NCBI GenBank assembly: GCA_964638205.1 | Contig: CAZWYK010000001.1 | Coordinates: 1 to 46,085, forward strand | Reading direction: 5' to 3' | Source: an uncultured Candidatus Cloacimonadota bacterium | GTDB lineage: Bacteria > Cloacimonadota > Cloacimonadia > Cloacimonadales > TCS61 | Length of the DNA stretch: 46,085 nt | Part shown: piece by piece, positions 8,716-18,198 of the stretch | How the letters are laid out: each line of letters begins with the position of its first letter | Numbering within the stretch: the stretch's first letter is position 1 | The notes under the pieces: generated by a model | The model's input: only the letters and a program-made list of their open reading frames with translations | The model's database searches: none | Told to the model about the DNA's origin: nothing | Translations under genes and position numbers: made by a program

Positions 8716-9606
8716 ATGATTCGTAATTTTAATGAGCTTTTAAAAAAAGCAAAAAAGATGAAAAATAAAACTGTCGTCATTACGGCAGCACAAACAACAT
8801 CTGCTTTAGATGCTGCAGTTTTGGCAAAAACCGAAAATATCGCCAATAGTTTATTGGTGGGCGATAAAGTTTTTATCGAAAATTATTTGAGTAAAAATGT
8901 GCCCGAAATCAAGGACGATTTTGAGATTATTGATACTGGCAACGATTTGGAGATAGCTGCCCAAAAATCTGTGAAAGCAGTCAGAGATGGCAGGGCAGAT
9001 ATTATTTTAAAAGGAAAATGTTCAACAGCAACACTATTGAAGGCAGTTTTAGATAAAGAAATCGGTTTGCGAAGCGACGAGAAATTAAGTGATGTGCTCA
9101 TTTATGAACATCCCCAAAAACTGATTTTAATGAGTGATGGAGGAATAAATTTATATCCCAATGTGGAAGATAAAATTTCGATTATAAAAAATGCTGTAAA
9201 AGTTGCTCATTCACTAGAAATTCCAAACCCAAAAGTTGCACTTTTGGCTGCGGTAGAAGTGGTAAATCCAAAAATGCCAGCAACCATGGATGCTCAAATT
9301 ATTACAGAAAAATTAGCAGAGTTTCCAAATTGTGTTGTTTTTGGTCCGCTGGCTTTCGATGTTGCAATTGATGAAGAATCCGCAAAAGTTAAAAATATAA
9401 AATCTGAAGTTGCTGGAAATGCAGATGTATTAGTGGTTCCCAATATCGAATCTGGGAATATTTTTGGGAAATCATTAACTTATTATTGCAAATATCGTGT
9501 TGCACATGTGGTTATGGGTGCCAAAGTTCCTATCTTGATTGCATCTCGTGCAGATACCGCCGAAACGAAATTTCTATCAATGGTGCTTGGTGTGGTGAGT
9601 GCTTAA
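8716..9606 (+). CDS. ptb: Phosphate butyryltransferase / phosphate acyltransferase
   Basis: PTA/PTB family over the full length (VVITAAQTTSALDAAV..., GNADVLVVPNIESGNIFGKSL). Start set to the ATG at 8716 after AAAGAGG. Confidence 0.8.
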   Translation: MIRNFNELLKKAKKMKNKTVVITAAQTTSALDAAVLAKTENIANSLLVGDKVFIENYLSKNVPEIKDDFEIIDTGNDLEIAAQKSVKAVRDGRADIILKGKCSTATLLKAVLDKEIGLRSDEKLSDVLIYEHPQKLILMSDGGINLYPNVEDKISIIKNAVKVAHSLEIPNPKVALLAAVEVVNPKMPATMDAQIITEKLAEFPNCVVFGPLAFDVAIDEESAKVKNIKSEVAGNADVLVVPNIESGNIFGKSLTYYCKYRVAHVVMGAKVPILIASRADTAETKFLSMVLGVVSA

Positions 9607-10055
9607 ATGTAAAATAACATCACAATGATGTAGAAAAAAATTCGGAAAGAGAAAACGATTAAGACGAATTTACCAAAAGTTATTTTGAAAATTCCGGCGG
9701 CAATTGTAATTGGATCACCAAGAAATGGTGTCCACGCTAAATATAAACTGTAAGTTCCATATCTTTTAACATATCGAATGGCTTTTTCACCGTTTTTTGA
9801 TTGTTGTAATTTAGGGAGGAGTGGATTACCAATGATTCTACCTAAATAATAATTAAAAACACAACCTAGACAATTGCCAGTTGAAGATGAAATTACTGCA
9901 GAAATTGGTTCCATTCCAGCTGACAATGCTACAAATAAAATGGCTACAGAGCTTGCGGGAAAAATAGTAGCACAAATAAATGAACTAATTAAAAGTGCAA
10001 CGAAACCATAATTGATAATGAATTCCGACATCCAAAGAGTAATTTCAGGAATCAT
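9603..10055 (-). CDS. YqaA/DedA-family small membrane protein
   Basis: 150 aa with 4 TMs. The WTPFLGDPITIAAG segment is typical of VTT/DedA-like proteins. Confidence 0.6.
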   Translation of the reverse strand: MIPEITLWMSEFIINYGFVALLISSFICATIFPASSVAILFVALSAGMEPISAVISSSTGNCLGCVFNYYLGRIIGNPLLPKLQQSKNGEKAIRYVKRYGTYSLYLAWTPFLGDPITIAAGIFKITFGKFVLIVFSFRIFFYIIVMLFYI

Positions 10056-10864
10056 ATTATTTGTTCTTTTTTTATCTCGTGTTCTGTTGATTTTAGCATA
10101 ATTATTTCAATGTTAAAGTTTTCTAATATTTGAGCTAAATTAGTCAAAACAGGATTTTCTGTATAGAAATGTCCAGCGTCAATCAGGGGAATTGGGCTAT
10201 CTAAAATTGTGTGGTAGGTAAAATCTGAGGAGACGAAGACATCTGCTTTCCCAATGATTTTTGGAATTAAATTTGAACCGCTTCCTCCGCAAACAGCTAC
10301 TTTTTTTATTAATTTATCTTTGTTTTTATTACCAAGCCACAATTTGACAAACGGACATTCAAGTTTTGTTTTAACAAATTTTGCAAAGTCATTAAGTTTT
10401 TGCGGAGTTTTTAATTCACCAATTAATCCTAACCCAAGATTTTCATCATCTCGTTGGAAGTATTTGGTAATTTCAGTGGTTATCCCAGTTTCCTGTAAGA
10501 TTATTTTTGGGTTTTGTAAGCCGATTTTTTTGGCGAGAGCATCATTAACACCATTCTGGATAACATCGAGATTTGTGTGTGCACAATAGACCGAAATGTT
10601 GTTTTTTATTAGCTTCAAATAAAGTGGGTTTGTGATTTTTTTTATTGGTCTAAATATAAAGGGATGGTGTGAAATTATCAGATTTATTTTTTCTTTAATT
10701 GCTTTATTGATAGCATTTTCAGTAACATCAAGTGTGAGCAATATTTTTTGTACTTTTGTTTCGGCATCACCGATTTGGAAACCAACATTATCCCATTTGA
10801 AAGCCAATTTTGGATTGGCAAAATCGTTTAAAAACGTAACGATATCTTTTACTTTTATAGTCAT
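10052..10864 (-). CDS. Nif3-like dinuclear metal center protein
   Basis: Motifs ISHHPFIFRP, YCAHTNLD and IDAGHFYTE. Confidence 0.85.
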   Translation of the reverse strand: MTIKVKDIVTFLNDFANPKLAFKWDNVGFQIGDAETKVQKILLTLDVTENAINKAIKEKINLIISHHPFIFRPIKKITNPLYLKLIKNNISVYCAHTNLDVIQNGVNDALAKKIGLQNPKIILQETGITTEITKYFQRDDENLGLGLIGELKTPQKLNDFAKFVKTKLECPFVKLWLGNKNKDKLIKKVAVCGGSGSNLIPKIIGKADVFVSSDFTYHTILDSPIPLIDAGHFYTENPVLTNLAQILENFNIEIIMLKSTEHEIKKEQII

Positions 10865-11457
10865 ATTTTCTCCGTTATCTCTGCGTAGGAAAATCCCCTT
10901 CGGTAGAGGTAGTTAAGGATTTTTTCGCGTCTTGTTTTATCTGGAAATCTGGCGTATTTTTGTTTTGCTTTTTCGATATTTTGTTGGATAATTTCAGCTT
11001 GTTTTTGCAAAGTCAATTTTTCTGCTAAAATTTGATTTATAATGTTTTCAGGGATTTTTTTTTGGAATAATTTTTGTGAAATTTCACGCTTACTTTTACC
11101 TTTTCGTAATAATTCATCAATGTACATTTCGGTAAATCTTTCATCATCGAGGTATTTGAGAAAAGTCCCTTTTTTGATAAATCTTGATTGGATATCTTTT
11201 CGTAAAAAAAGTTTAGTCGAAAGAAAAATTTTGCATTCACCGCTTGATCTTTCCCGATACGATAAAAAATCTAAAAATTTGCTCCACGCCAATTTCTTAA
11301 TTTCAGTAAGTAATTTTTCACTAATTTCAATAGAAATTTCATCGTGAAAATTCCCTAAAATAGTTTGGAGGATTTTGTTAGACAAAATCCCCCAATTTTC
11401 ATTATCGCAAGAAATTATCAAGATAGTTTTACTCTTTTGCCGAGTTGTTATCTTCAT
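10861..11457 (-). CDS. recX: Recombination regulator RecX
   Basis: Lies immediately downstream of recA and overlaps it. Repeated helical RecX-like modules ([11 protein letters not shown]..., [13 protein letters not shown]). Confidence 0.75.
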   Translation of the reverse strand: MKITTRQKSKTILIISCDNENWGILSNKILQTILGNFHDEISIEISEKLLTEIKKLAWSKFLDFLSYRERSSGECKIFLSTKLFLRKDIQSRFIKKGTFLKYLDDERFTEMYIDELLRKGKSKREISQKLFQKKIPENIINQILAEKLTLQKQAEIIQQNIEKAKQKYARFPDKTRREKILNYLYRRGFSYAEITEKI

Positions 11458-12472
11458 TTTTATCAGCTTTAATTAATCCCAAAATTTCTTTAACTTGTAT
11501 CTCTACTTTGTTCAAAATATCTTCATTTTCAGTTAAAAATATTTTTACTTTTTCGGAACCTTGTCCGATTTTTGTGTCGTTGTAAGAGAACCAAGAACCG
11601 CTTTTTTTGATGATATTGTTTTCGACAGCAATGTCAATTAAAATGTCAAAATGGGAAATTCCAATTCCAAAGACAATGGGGAATTCAACAATTTTGAAAG
11701 GTGGTGCAAATTTATTTTTGACAATTTTAACTTTAGTTTTGTTACCAACAATTTCAGTTGTGGAACCAACCAATTTGATTGAGCCGATTCGACGTACCTC
11801 CATTCTGAGTGAAGAATAGAATTTTAGAGCTACACCGCCAGTTGTAGTTTCGGGGCTTACATACGCTGGTACGCCAATTTTCATACGAGTTTGATTAATG
11901 AAAATGACGGCAGTGTTTGTTTTGCTGATAATTCCAGTGAGTTTTCGTAAAGCTTGCGACATTAAACGGGCTTGTAATCCAACGTGTGTATCACCCATGT
12001 TGCCATCAATTTCGGCACGTGGAACGAGAGCCGCAACGGAATCTAGAACGATTAAGTCAATAGCATTACTACGAACAAGAGTTTCAACAATTTCTAAGGC
12101 TTGTTCACCGCCATCTGGTTGAGAGAGTAATAAATTTTCTGTATCAACGCCAATTTTTTCAGCATAAACTGGATCGAGAGCGTGTTCCACATCAATGAAT
12201 GCAACCACTCCTCCTTGTTTTTGTGCTTCTGCCACGCAATGTAACGATAGGGTGGTCTTTCCTGATGCTTCCGGTCCATAAATTTCAGTTACCCTACCTT
12301 TTGGAATACCACCAATTCCGAGAGCTGCATCCAAGTTAATAGCACCAGTTGGGATTGCCTCTACTTTGATTTTTGGCTTATCTCCCATTCGCATAATTGT
12401 GCCAATTCCAAATTGTTTATCAAGTTGATTTAACGCCGTTTTTAATGCTGAATCCTTGTTTTTAGTAACCAT
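11429..12472 (-). CDS. recA: Recombinase RecA
   Basis: Walker [20 protein letters not shown] and the L2 loop region. Full-length similarity to RecA. Confidence 0.97.
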   Translation of the reverse strand: MVTKNKDSALKTALNQLDKQFGIGTIMRMGDKPKIKVEAIPTGAINLDAALGIGGIPKGRVTEIYGPEASGKTTLSLHCVAEAQKQGGVVAFIDVEHALDPVYAEKIGVDTENLLLSQPDGGEQALEIVETLVRSNAIDLIVLDSVAALVPRAEIDGNMGDTHVGLQARLMSQALRKLTGIISKTNTAVIFINQTRMKIGVPAYVSPETTTGGVALKFYSSLRMEVRRIGSIKLVGSTTEIVGNKTKVKIVKNKFAPPFKIVEFPIVFGIGISHFDILIDIAVENNIIKKSGSWFSYNDTKIGQGSEKVKIFLTENEDILNKVEIQVKEILGLIKADKNEDNNSAKE

Positions 12473-12593
12473 ACTAACTCCTTTTTAATATAAAATTTAA
12501 CAAAATTTAAATATAAAAATTTAATTTATGCAGTTAAGATTTGTGAGACGAGTTTTTTGGCAATATTTTTTTATAATTTTATGGAAATTTTTA

Positions 12594-13076
12594 TTATCTT
12601 TTGTAACCAATTTTGCGTAAAAAGTTTTTTCTTGCAGTAATATCGGTGTCTAACTCGATTCCTTTGGGTGAGTCACCATCGATTATACCTAAAACACCTT
12701 TACCTTGTTCCGATTTTGCCACAATAACTTGCACGGGATTTGCGGTTGCACAATAGATGTTTGCTACTTCGCGACAATTTTTTATTGCAGGTAAAACATT
12801 AATCGGGAAAGCATTTCGCAAAATAATTAGGAAAGTGTGTCCCGCACCAATGCGTCGCTGATTTTCGACAGCAATTTCCATTAATTTTGTGTCAGTTCCT
12901 TCTTTACGTACCAAACATGGTCCCGATGCTTCATTAAATGCAAGTCCAAATTTAATATCGGGAACAGAATTCACCAAAATTTCGTACAAATCTTCAACTG
13001 TTTTGATAAAATGTGACATTCCAAAAATGATGTTACAGTCTTCGGGGATTTCCATTTTTTCAACAATAATTTCCAT
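12594..13076 (-). CDS. Adenosine-specific kinase family protein (PF04008-like)
   Basis: 160 aa with SHFIKTVEDLYEILVNSVPDIKFGLAFNEASGPCLVR and CATANPVQVIVA, as I remember for this family. Confidence 0.7.
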   Translation of the reverse strand: MEIIVEKMEIPEDCNIIFGMSHFIKTVEDLYEILVNSVPDIKFGLAFNEASGPCLVRKEGTDTKLMEIAVENQRRIGAGHTFLIILRNAFPINVLPAIKNCREVANIYCATANPVQVIVAKSEQGKGVLGIIDGDSPKGIELDTDITARKNFLRKIGYKR

Positions 13077-13131
13077 ACTAATACTCCATTTTAAGTTGTA
13101 AATTGGTTCACGGTTAATTTTCTGAAATTAT

Positions 13132-13162
13132 AAAAAAAAGACCGAATGTTCGGTCTTTTTTT
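13132..13162. terminator. Bidirectional rho-independent terminator downstream of rpmB
   Basis: A8 run, then stem gaccga (13140-13145), loop atgt, stem tcggtc (13150-13155), then T7 run. Confidence 0.6.
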
Positions 13163-13165
13163 AAA

Positions 13166-13357
13166 TTAAACTACTTTTTTTACTTTATTTGCTTTCAGGC
13201 AAGAACTACAAATTTTAATCTTCTTAACTTTACCTTCAATCTCGGCTCTCATACTATGAAGATTTGGATAAAATTTTCTTTTTGTAGCATTCATTGCGTG
13301 ACTTCTATGATTGCCAACTTGAGCACCTTTTCCACATACATCACAAACTTTAGACAT
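13166..13357 (-). CDS. rpmB: 50S ribosomal protein L28
   Basis: [46 protein letters not shown] lies upstream. Confidence 0.93.
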   Translation of the reverse strand: MSKVCDVCGKGAQVGNHRSHAMNATKRKFYPNLHSMRAEIEGKVKKIKICSSCLKANKVKKVV

Positions 13358-13515
13358 CTCTACACCTTCCTCTTATTTCACTACTTTCAAATAGTGTTAT
13401 CCACAAAAAAAAAAGATGTTTATATGGCAAGTACTTTTTATTTGAAGAAATTAATTTACAAAAATATTGCAGATATTTTTTGTCTCAGTTGTCAAAATAA
13501 GAAAAGGTAAAATTG

Positions 13516-14007
13516 ATGAAAAAAAGTAAATTCAAAGCCATACTTAAAGCTGAAAATAAAAAAGTATTCAACTATCTGTTGAAAATTTTGCGACACCGTG
13601 AAGACGCAGAAGATGTTCTACAGGAGACCTTCATCGCTTTTTATCATAAGATGGAAAATGTTGACGCAAAATCATATCGCTCTTATCTGTTTACCACAGC
13701 ATATCACAAGGGTTTAAATGTAATAAAAGTACGGAAAAAGAGAGAAAAGACAGCAGAGTTAGATTATGTGGCAGAAGAAATAATAGAAGATAATTCATCA
13801 AAAAATGTGATGATAAAGAAATGTTTGCAACAACTTTCGCCGACAGAAGCGTTTATTATTGAATTGCAATTTTACCAAAAAATGAATTATAAAGAAATTG
13901 CAAAAATGCTAGAGTGTAATGTTTCTGCTGTAGATAGCCGTTTAGTAAGAGCAAAAAAAAAATTAAAAAAAAATATTTTGCAGTATAAAAAGGAAAATGA
14001 TGTCTAA
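13516..14007 (+). CDS. ECF-type sigma-70 family RNA polymerase sigma factor
   Basis: Region 2 is EDAEDVLQETFIAFY. Region 4 HTH is MNYKEIAKMLECNVSAVDSRLVRAKKKL. ATG at 13516 (the track start at 13513 is TTG). Confidence 0.85.
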   Translation: MKKSKFKAILKAENKKVFNYLLKILRHREDAEDVLQETFIAFYHKMENVDAKSYRSYLFTTAYHKGLNVIKVRKKREKTAELDYVAEEIIEDNSSKNVMIKKCLQQLSPTEAFIIELQFYQKMNYKEIAKMLECNVSAVDSRLVRAKKKLKKNILQYKKENDV

Positions 14008-14022
14008 AAAAGCGAGGGAAAA

Positions 14023-14319
14023 ATGAAAGAATTTGAGAAAAAAACAGTGGAATTTGTAGATGAGTTTTTGGCTGAATACAAAAACGAAGAGGTTTTTGAA
14101 TTTCTTAATCAGCGTATTTTGGCAGAACTGAAAGAAGAGACAGGAATCAGTACGAGTTACAAACCATTCCGTAATTTTTTTGATTTTGCTATTGCGGCAT
14201 CAATTATTTTTTCTTTTATTTTCGGTATCTTTTTAAGTAACCTGACCTTAACTCAAAATAAAGACAATATTCAAATTGGGGAAGAGAGTCTTTATAGCTA
14301 TTTTGCGGAGGAGAAATAA
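14023..14319 (+). CDS. Single-pass membrane protein, putative anti-sigma factor
   Basis: Position directly after the ECF sigma gene. One TM (FAIAASIIFSFIFGIFL). No zinc-finger anti-sigma motif is visible. Confidence 0.4.
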   Translation: MKEFEKKTVEFVDEFLAEYKNEEVFEFLNQRILAELKEETGISTSYKPFRNFFDFAIAASIIFSFIFGIFLSNLTLTQNKDNIQIGEESLYSYFAEEK

Positions 14320-14714
14320 TGTCTAAAAAAGCACTATTTATATTACTAATAATATCGTTATCTTTTAATATTGCCGTTCTTTTTTCTATTGCAAGATTCC
14401 ATTTTGTTGCATCAAAAATGAATTGTGGCACGATGGAAGGGTGTGATCCCGTTCATCAAACAGTGTTGGAAAAAGTGCATCCGCTTAGAAAAGAATTTCA
14501 TGAAAACAGGAAAAATTTTATGCAAATGGTAATCAATCCAGAAATTTCTGACGAAGAACTTTTTCATAAATTAGATACAATGCTAAATAGCCAAATCGAA
14601 ATGGAACGTGAACTCGGTAAAAATATCATCGAGATGAGAAAAAAAATGTCATCAAGTGCATTACGAAAATTTCTAAAAATGAGAAAAAACAGAGAAATGA
14701 GGATGAAAAAATGA
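14319..14714 (+). CDS. Membrane-anchored Spy/CpxP-like periplasmic protein (tentative)
   Basis: N-terminal TM followed by a helical, charged region (LRKEFHENRKNFMQMV...EMRKKMSSSALRKFLKM), as in periplasmic heavy-metal-sensor or Spy family proteins. TAATG overlap with the upstream gene. Confidence 0.4.
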   Translation: MSKKALFILLIISLSFNIAVLFSIARFHFVASKMNCGTMEGCDPVHQTVLEKVHPLRKEFHENRKNFMQMVINPEISDEELFHKLDTMLNSQIEMERELGKNIIEMRKKMSSSALRKFLKMRKNREMRMKK

Positions 14715-15007
14715 GCAAACTATATTTTGTGCTGATGCTGTTAGTTATGATGTTAGGGAGTAGTTGTGCGACGCGAACTATTTATATTCAGCAAGCTCCA
14801 CCGGTAAAAAGGACAGAAATAAAAACCAAAAAACCTAGGTATGATGCGATTTGGATTTCAGGGCACTGGAAATGGAGTAAACGCAAACAAAAATATGTGT
14901 GGAGGACAGGTCGATGGGAACGAAAAAAGAAAAATTATGTTTGGAAAGAAGGGCATTGGAAGAAAAATATTGGTGGCTGGGTGTGGATTTCTGGGCACTG
15001 GAAATAA
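14711..15007 (+). CDS. YXWGXW/WxxGxW-repeat lipoprotein
   Basis: Lipobox LGSSC. Repeats are WISGHWKW, YVWRTGRWER, YVWKEGHWKK and WVWISGHWK. ATGA overlap with the upstream gene. Confidence 0.6.
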   Translation: MSKLYFVLMLLVMMLGSSCATRTIYIQQAPPVKRTEIKTKKPRYDAIWISGHWKWSKRKQKYVWRTGRWERKKKNYVWKEGHWKKNIGGWVWISGHWK

Positions 15008-15032
15008 GTTTCAATAAAACAAAAGGGAGGAA

Positions 15033-15575
15033 ATGATGAAAAAAATCATTTTAACAGTAGTAGTAGCAATGTTGTCAATTGCAGTGCTTTCGGCTTTTGG
15101 TGCCGATTGTGGGAAAGGTAAAATGGGTGGCTTCCAACACGGACAAATGGAAGGCTGTCATAAAGGTGTAGTTGGGCATCCACGCATGCAAAAAGGTGGA
15201 AGTTTTGGAATGATGGATTGCGAAGAGGGTGAAGGAATGATGCAGATGATGGCGGAAGTTTTGGAACTTACTGATGAGCAAGTCGTGCAAGGCAAAAAAC
15301 TTCAGGCTGAAGTTGAAAAAAGTAACATTCAAATTCATGCTGACATCAAAATTTTGCAAATCGAAAAACGGGATGCGATTATGAATCACAACTTCAAACA
15401 GGTTAAAGAAATTAATGCTAATATTATGGCGAAAAAACTTGAAGTGATGAATAGTCGTGTTAATGTACGTATGGAAATGTGGAAAAACTTAACATCGGCA
15501 CAAAAATCAAAAGCAAAAGATTTTATGAAAAATCATAAACCCGGTTTTGGCGGAAAAGGGCACCACAAAAAATAG
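15033..15575 (+). CDS. Spy/CpxP/ZraP-like periplasmic protein with Met/His/Cys/Gly-rich N-terminal region
   Basis: Signal peptide, an LTxxQ-like LELTDEQVVQGKKLQ motif, a second helical half ending NLTSAQKSKAKDFM, and GGGAGG upstream. The second ATG at 15036 is an equally possible start. Confidence 0.5.
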   Translation: MMKKIILTVVVAMLSIAVLSAFGADCGKGKMGGFQHGQMEGCHKGVVGHPRMQKGGSFGMMDCEEGEGMMQMMAEVLELTDEQVVQGKKLQAEVEKSNIQIHADIKILQIEKRDAIMNHNFKQVKEINANIMAKKLEVMNSRVNVRMEMWKNLTSAQKSKAKDFMKNHKPGFGGKGHHKK

Positions 15576-15592
15576 GTAATTAGTTAAATTAG

Positions 15593-15619
15593 AAAAGCCC
15601 CGAATTTTCGGGGCTTTTT
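15593..15619. terminator. Bidirectional rho-independent terminator between the ECF operon and the MerR gene
   Basis: aaaa-GCCCCGAA-tt-TTCGGGGC-ttttt (stem 15597-15614). Confidence 0.7.
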
Positions 15620-15620
15620 G

Positions 15621-15959
15621 TTATTTCAGTAACTTTTTAATCTCTTTTAGTTCAGCTAAAATCTTTTTTTTAATTTTAGATTTATCAATGCTAAAATCAA
15701 GTTCTATCTGATTCTCTTTTTTGTTTTTTAATTTCTTGCGAGCACCGTTAATGGTATATTTTTGTTCGTGCAATAAATATTGAATTTTTTTTATCAGTTC
15801 AATATCATCTTGTGTGTAGCGACGATTTCTGCCATCATTTTTTCGGGGATGCAATTGCGAAAATTCACTTTCCCAAAATCGCAAAGTGTGTGCCTTTAAG
15901 TTGAGTAAATTACACACTTCACCGATAGTATAATAATATTTTTTTTTCATTTTCTCCAC
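15621..15959 (-). CDS. MerR family transcriptional regulator
   Basis: HTH YYTIGEVCNLLNLKAHTLRFWESEF and RNRRYTQDDIELIKKIQYLL. Confidence 0.8.
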   Translation of the reverse strand: MEKMKKKYYYTIGEVCNLLNLKAHTLRFWESEFSQLHPRKNDGRNRRYTQDDIELIKKIQYLLHEQKYTINGARKKLKNKKENQIELDFSIDKSKIKKKILAELKEIKKLLK

Positions 15960-17395
15960 CTAAAAATTACAAGATAAAATCCTATAATCAGACAGAGGAA
16001 CGGAAATAAAAGCGGAAATTTTGTAAAGAAAGTTTTGCCATCGTGAATGAATAGATTTTTGGAAAGAGTAGTAATGTCATACAATTTACTTTTTTGCAAA
16101 ATTTCACCTTTTGGCGAAATCACTAATGAAAATCCAGTGTTGGCGGCACGATAAATTTGTGTTCTTGTTTCTACCGCTCGGATTTTTGTCATCATGGCGT
16201 GTTGGAAAGTGCCAACTGATTTTTTGAACCACGCATCATTAGTAAGGTTAACGATAAAATCAGCATTGCTTTGGGCGATTTTATTTGTCAAAGAAGGCAT
16301 CGCAATTTCGAAGCAAATGAGTGGTGCAAATTTATATTTTTCTAATTCATAAAACTCTATGTTGTCACCGTATTCAAAATTTGCTTGCCCGAATTGTACT
16401 TTCCATAAAACTGGAAATGTTTTTAAGAATGGAGTCCTTTCTCCGAATGGCACTAAAATATTTTTATGGTAAATTTTGGAAAAATTCCCTTTTTGGTCAA
16501 TTTTAGTGGCAGCATTATAAAATTTATAGCGATTTGGAAAGGGTGGTTGAGCTATTTTGTAATCAGGAAATCCAGTAAAAATTTGGACACTATTTTTTTT
16601 TGCAATGTTAGTTGTGAAATTTTTCAGTTTTCGATCTCTTCGCAAATATCCAGGCAATGCCGATTCTGGCCAAATTAACATACTTGGGTTTGTTCTCATT
16701 GCTTTTTTAGAAAGTGTTTGCAGTCGTGAAAAGATGGAATCTTCAAAGTTTTTTTCCCACTTTAAATCTTGTTTTATGCTTGGTTGAATGATGGCGATAT
16801 TGGTGTCTGTCTTTGTTAAATTAATCAAATTAAATTGCAAGATTCCGCTCAAAATCCAAACTGAAAAAATAATAATTCCCAAAAATCTAAAATGGCGTTT
16901 TTTCCAATTAAAAATAAAAATATTGGTTAAAATTGTGCCAATAGAAAGGATGTAAATTCCGCCAAATTCTGCGACTTGAATGAGTGGATTGTATTCGGCG
17001 AGAGCATAGCCAACGTTGAACCACGGAAAGCGAAATTCACCAAAATTCTGAATAAATTCAAACGAAACCCAAAAAGTCAATAAAACCCAAAATTTCAAAA
17101 AACCTGAAGTTTGCCAAAATTTATTTATCAGTAGAAAAAGAATAACAAAATAAGCACCAAAAAGCAGAAAAAGTCCATAATATCCGACGGTAGCGAGTGC
17201 GATCCAGTGTAGTGCGACTGCCGTATAAATAGAACTAAAAACAAGAGCAGAGATGATGGTTTTTCGTTTTGATAGATTTTCGTTGAACATTGAAAAAAGT
17301 GGTAGAAACGCAAAAAATATCAAAAAACCAAAATGCGGAAATCTGCTGAAAGAAAACAGAAAGGCTGCCAAAAATGATTTCCAATAATTTTTCAT
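15947..17395 (-). CDS. lnt: Apolipoprotein N-acyltransferase
   Basis: Multi-TM N-terminal half plus a CN-hydrolase domain (IWPESALPG, PLICFEIA, LTNDAWF). Confidence 0.85.
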   Translation of the reverse strand: MKNYWKSFLAAFLFSFSRFPHFGFLIFFAFLPLFSMFNENLSKRKTIISALVFSSIYTAVALHWIALATVGYYGLFLLFGAYFVILFLLINKFWQTSGFLKFWVLLTFWVSFEFIQNFGEFRFPWFNVGYALAEYNPLIQVAEFGGIYILSIGTILTNIFIFNWKKRHFRFLGIIIFSVWILSGILQFNLINLTKTDTNIAIIQPSIKQDLKWEKNFEDSIFSRLQTLSKKAMRTNPSMLIWPESALPGYLRRDRKLKNFTTNIAKKNSVQIFTGFPDYKIAQPPFPNRYKFYNAATKIDQKGNFSKIYHKNILVPFGERTPFLKTFPVLWKVQFGQANFEYGDNIEFYELEKYKFAPLICFEIAMPSLTNKIAQSNADFIVNLTNDAWFKKSVGTFQHAMMTKIRAVETRTQIYRAANTGFSLVISPKGEILQKSKLYDITTLSKNLFIHDGKTFFTKFPLLFPFLCLIIGFYLVIFRWRK

Positions 17396-18195
17396 TTTTC
17401 TAACCTTGAAATAATTTTTGCGACCACGATTTCATGCTGGTTTGCCAAAACACAAAACGTATTTTTTATTTGAAAAAAGTGCCAAATTTTAGGTGAAATT
17501 AAAAACTTTTTTTCAATTGCTAAATTTTTGATAAAATATTTTCTTAACCCCAATTTGTGGTATCCAAAATATTCAGTTTGTCCAGCTGTTTTTGAAATGA
17601 ATTGCCCCATTTTATTGAAACAAATTGTTTTATTTAAATTTTCATCAAAAAGAGCAATAAAATGTTTTGATACCGTAAGTTGCGTTACATCATTTAGGTA
17701 GAATTTTCCAAACGAGAAACTGTTTTTGATATCTATAAAATTGAAAATTGAAATCTCTTTTGTGTCATCATCAAAAATGAAAAAATTACCATTTTTAGAA
17801 AAATCAAATTTGGTTGGATTACTAAAATTTTCGAGTGAAAATGCGACGATAAATTTTCCATTTAAGTCAAATTTCTTTATTGTTTTTTGAACATTATCAA
17901 GTGCAAAAAAACTATCATCAAGCCCTAAACAAATGTCAGAAAGATTACTGAAATTATTTTGTCCAAACCCAAATCCACCGAGTGTGTTTTGTTTTTTCCC
18001 ATTTTGAAAAATGTGGATATTGTTATCTTCTTTTGCCAAAATAATCTGCCGATAGGGGGAGTAAATACATTTTTCTGCTGTGAAATCACATTTGATAGTT
18101 TCGATAATTTGGAAATTATCTAGAATATGATTATCCGAAAAATTAGTGTAGCTACACGCCGAAATAGTTAGAAATAATAGTAATAAAATTTTCAT
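17392..18195 (-). CDS. Hypothetical lipoprotein
   Basis: Lipobox (TISACS). Beta-rich repeats. No family recognised. 4-nt overlap with lnt. Confidence 0.5.
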   Translation of the reverse strand: MKILLLLFLTISACSYTNFSDNHILDNFQIIETIKCDFTAEKCIYSPYRQIILAKEDNNIHIFQNGKKQNTLGGFGFGQNNFSNLSDICLGLDDSFFALDNVQKTIKKFDLNGKFIVAFSLENFSNPTKFDFSKNGNFFIFDDDTKEISIFNFIDIKNSFSFGKFYLNDVTQLTVSKHFIALFDENLNKTICFNKMGQFISKTAGQTEYFGYHKLGLRKYFIKNLAIEKKFLISPKIWHFFQIKNTFCVLANQHEIVVAKIISRLEK

Positions 18196-18198
18196 AAT

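Noticed and set aside
13127-13132. Perfect TATAAT on the minus strand just downstream of the rpmB terminator, as the promoter of the adenosine-kinase-family gene
   Set aside because: The corresponding -35 position falls inside the terminator stem (TTCGGT) and there is no TG extension. It is plausible but unsupported in AT-rich sequence, where TATAAT occurs by chance.
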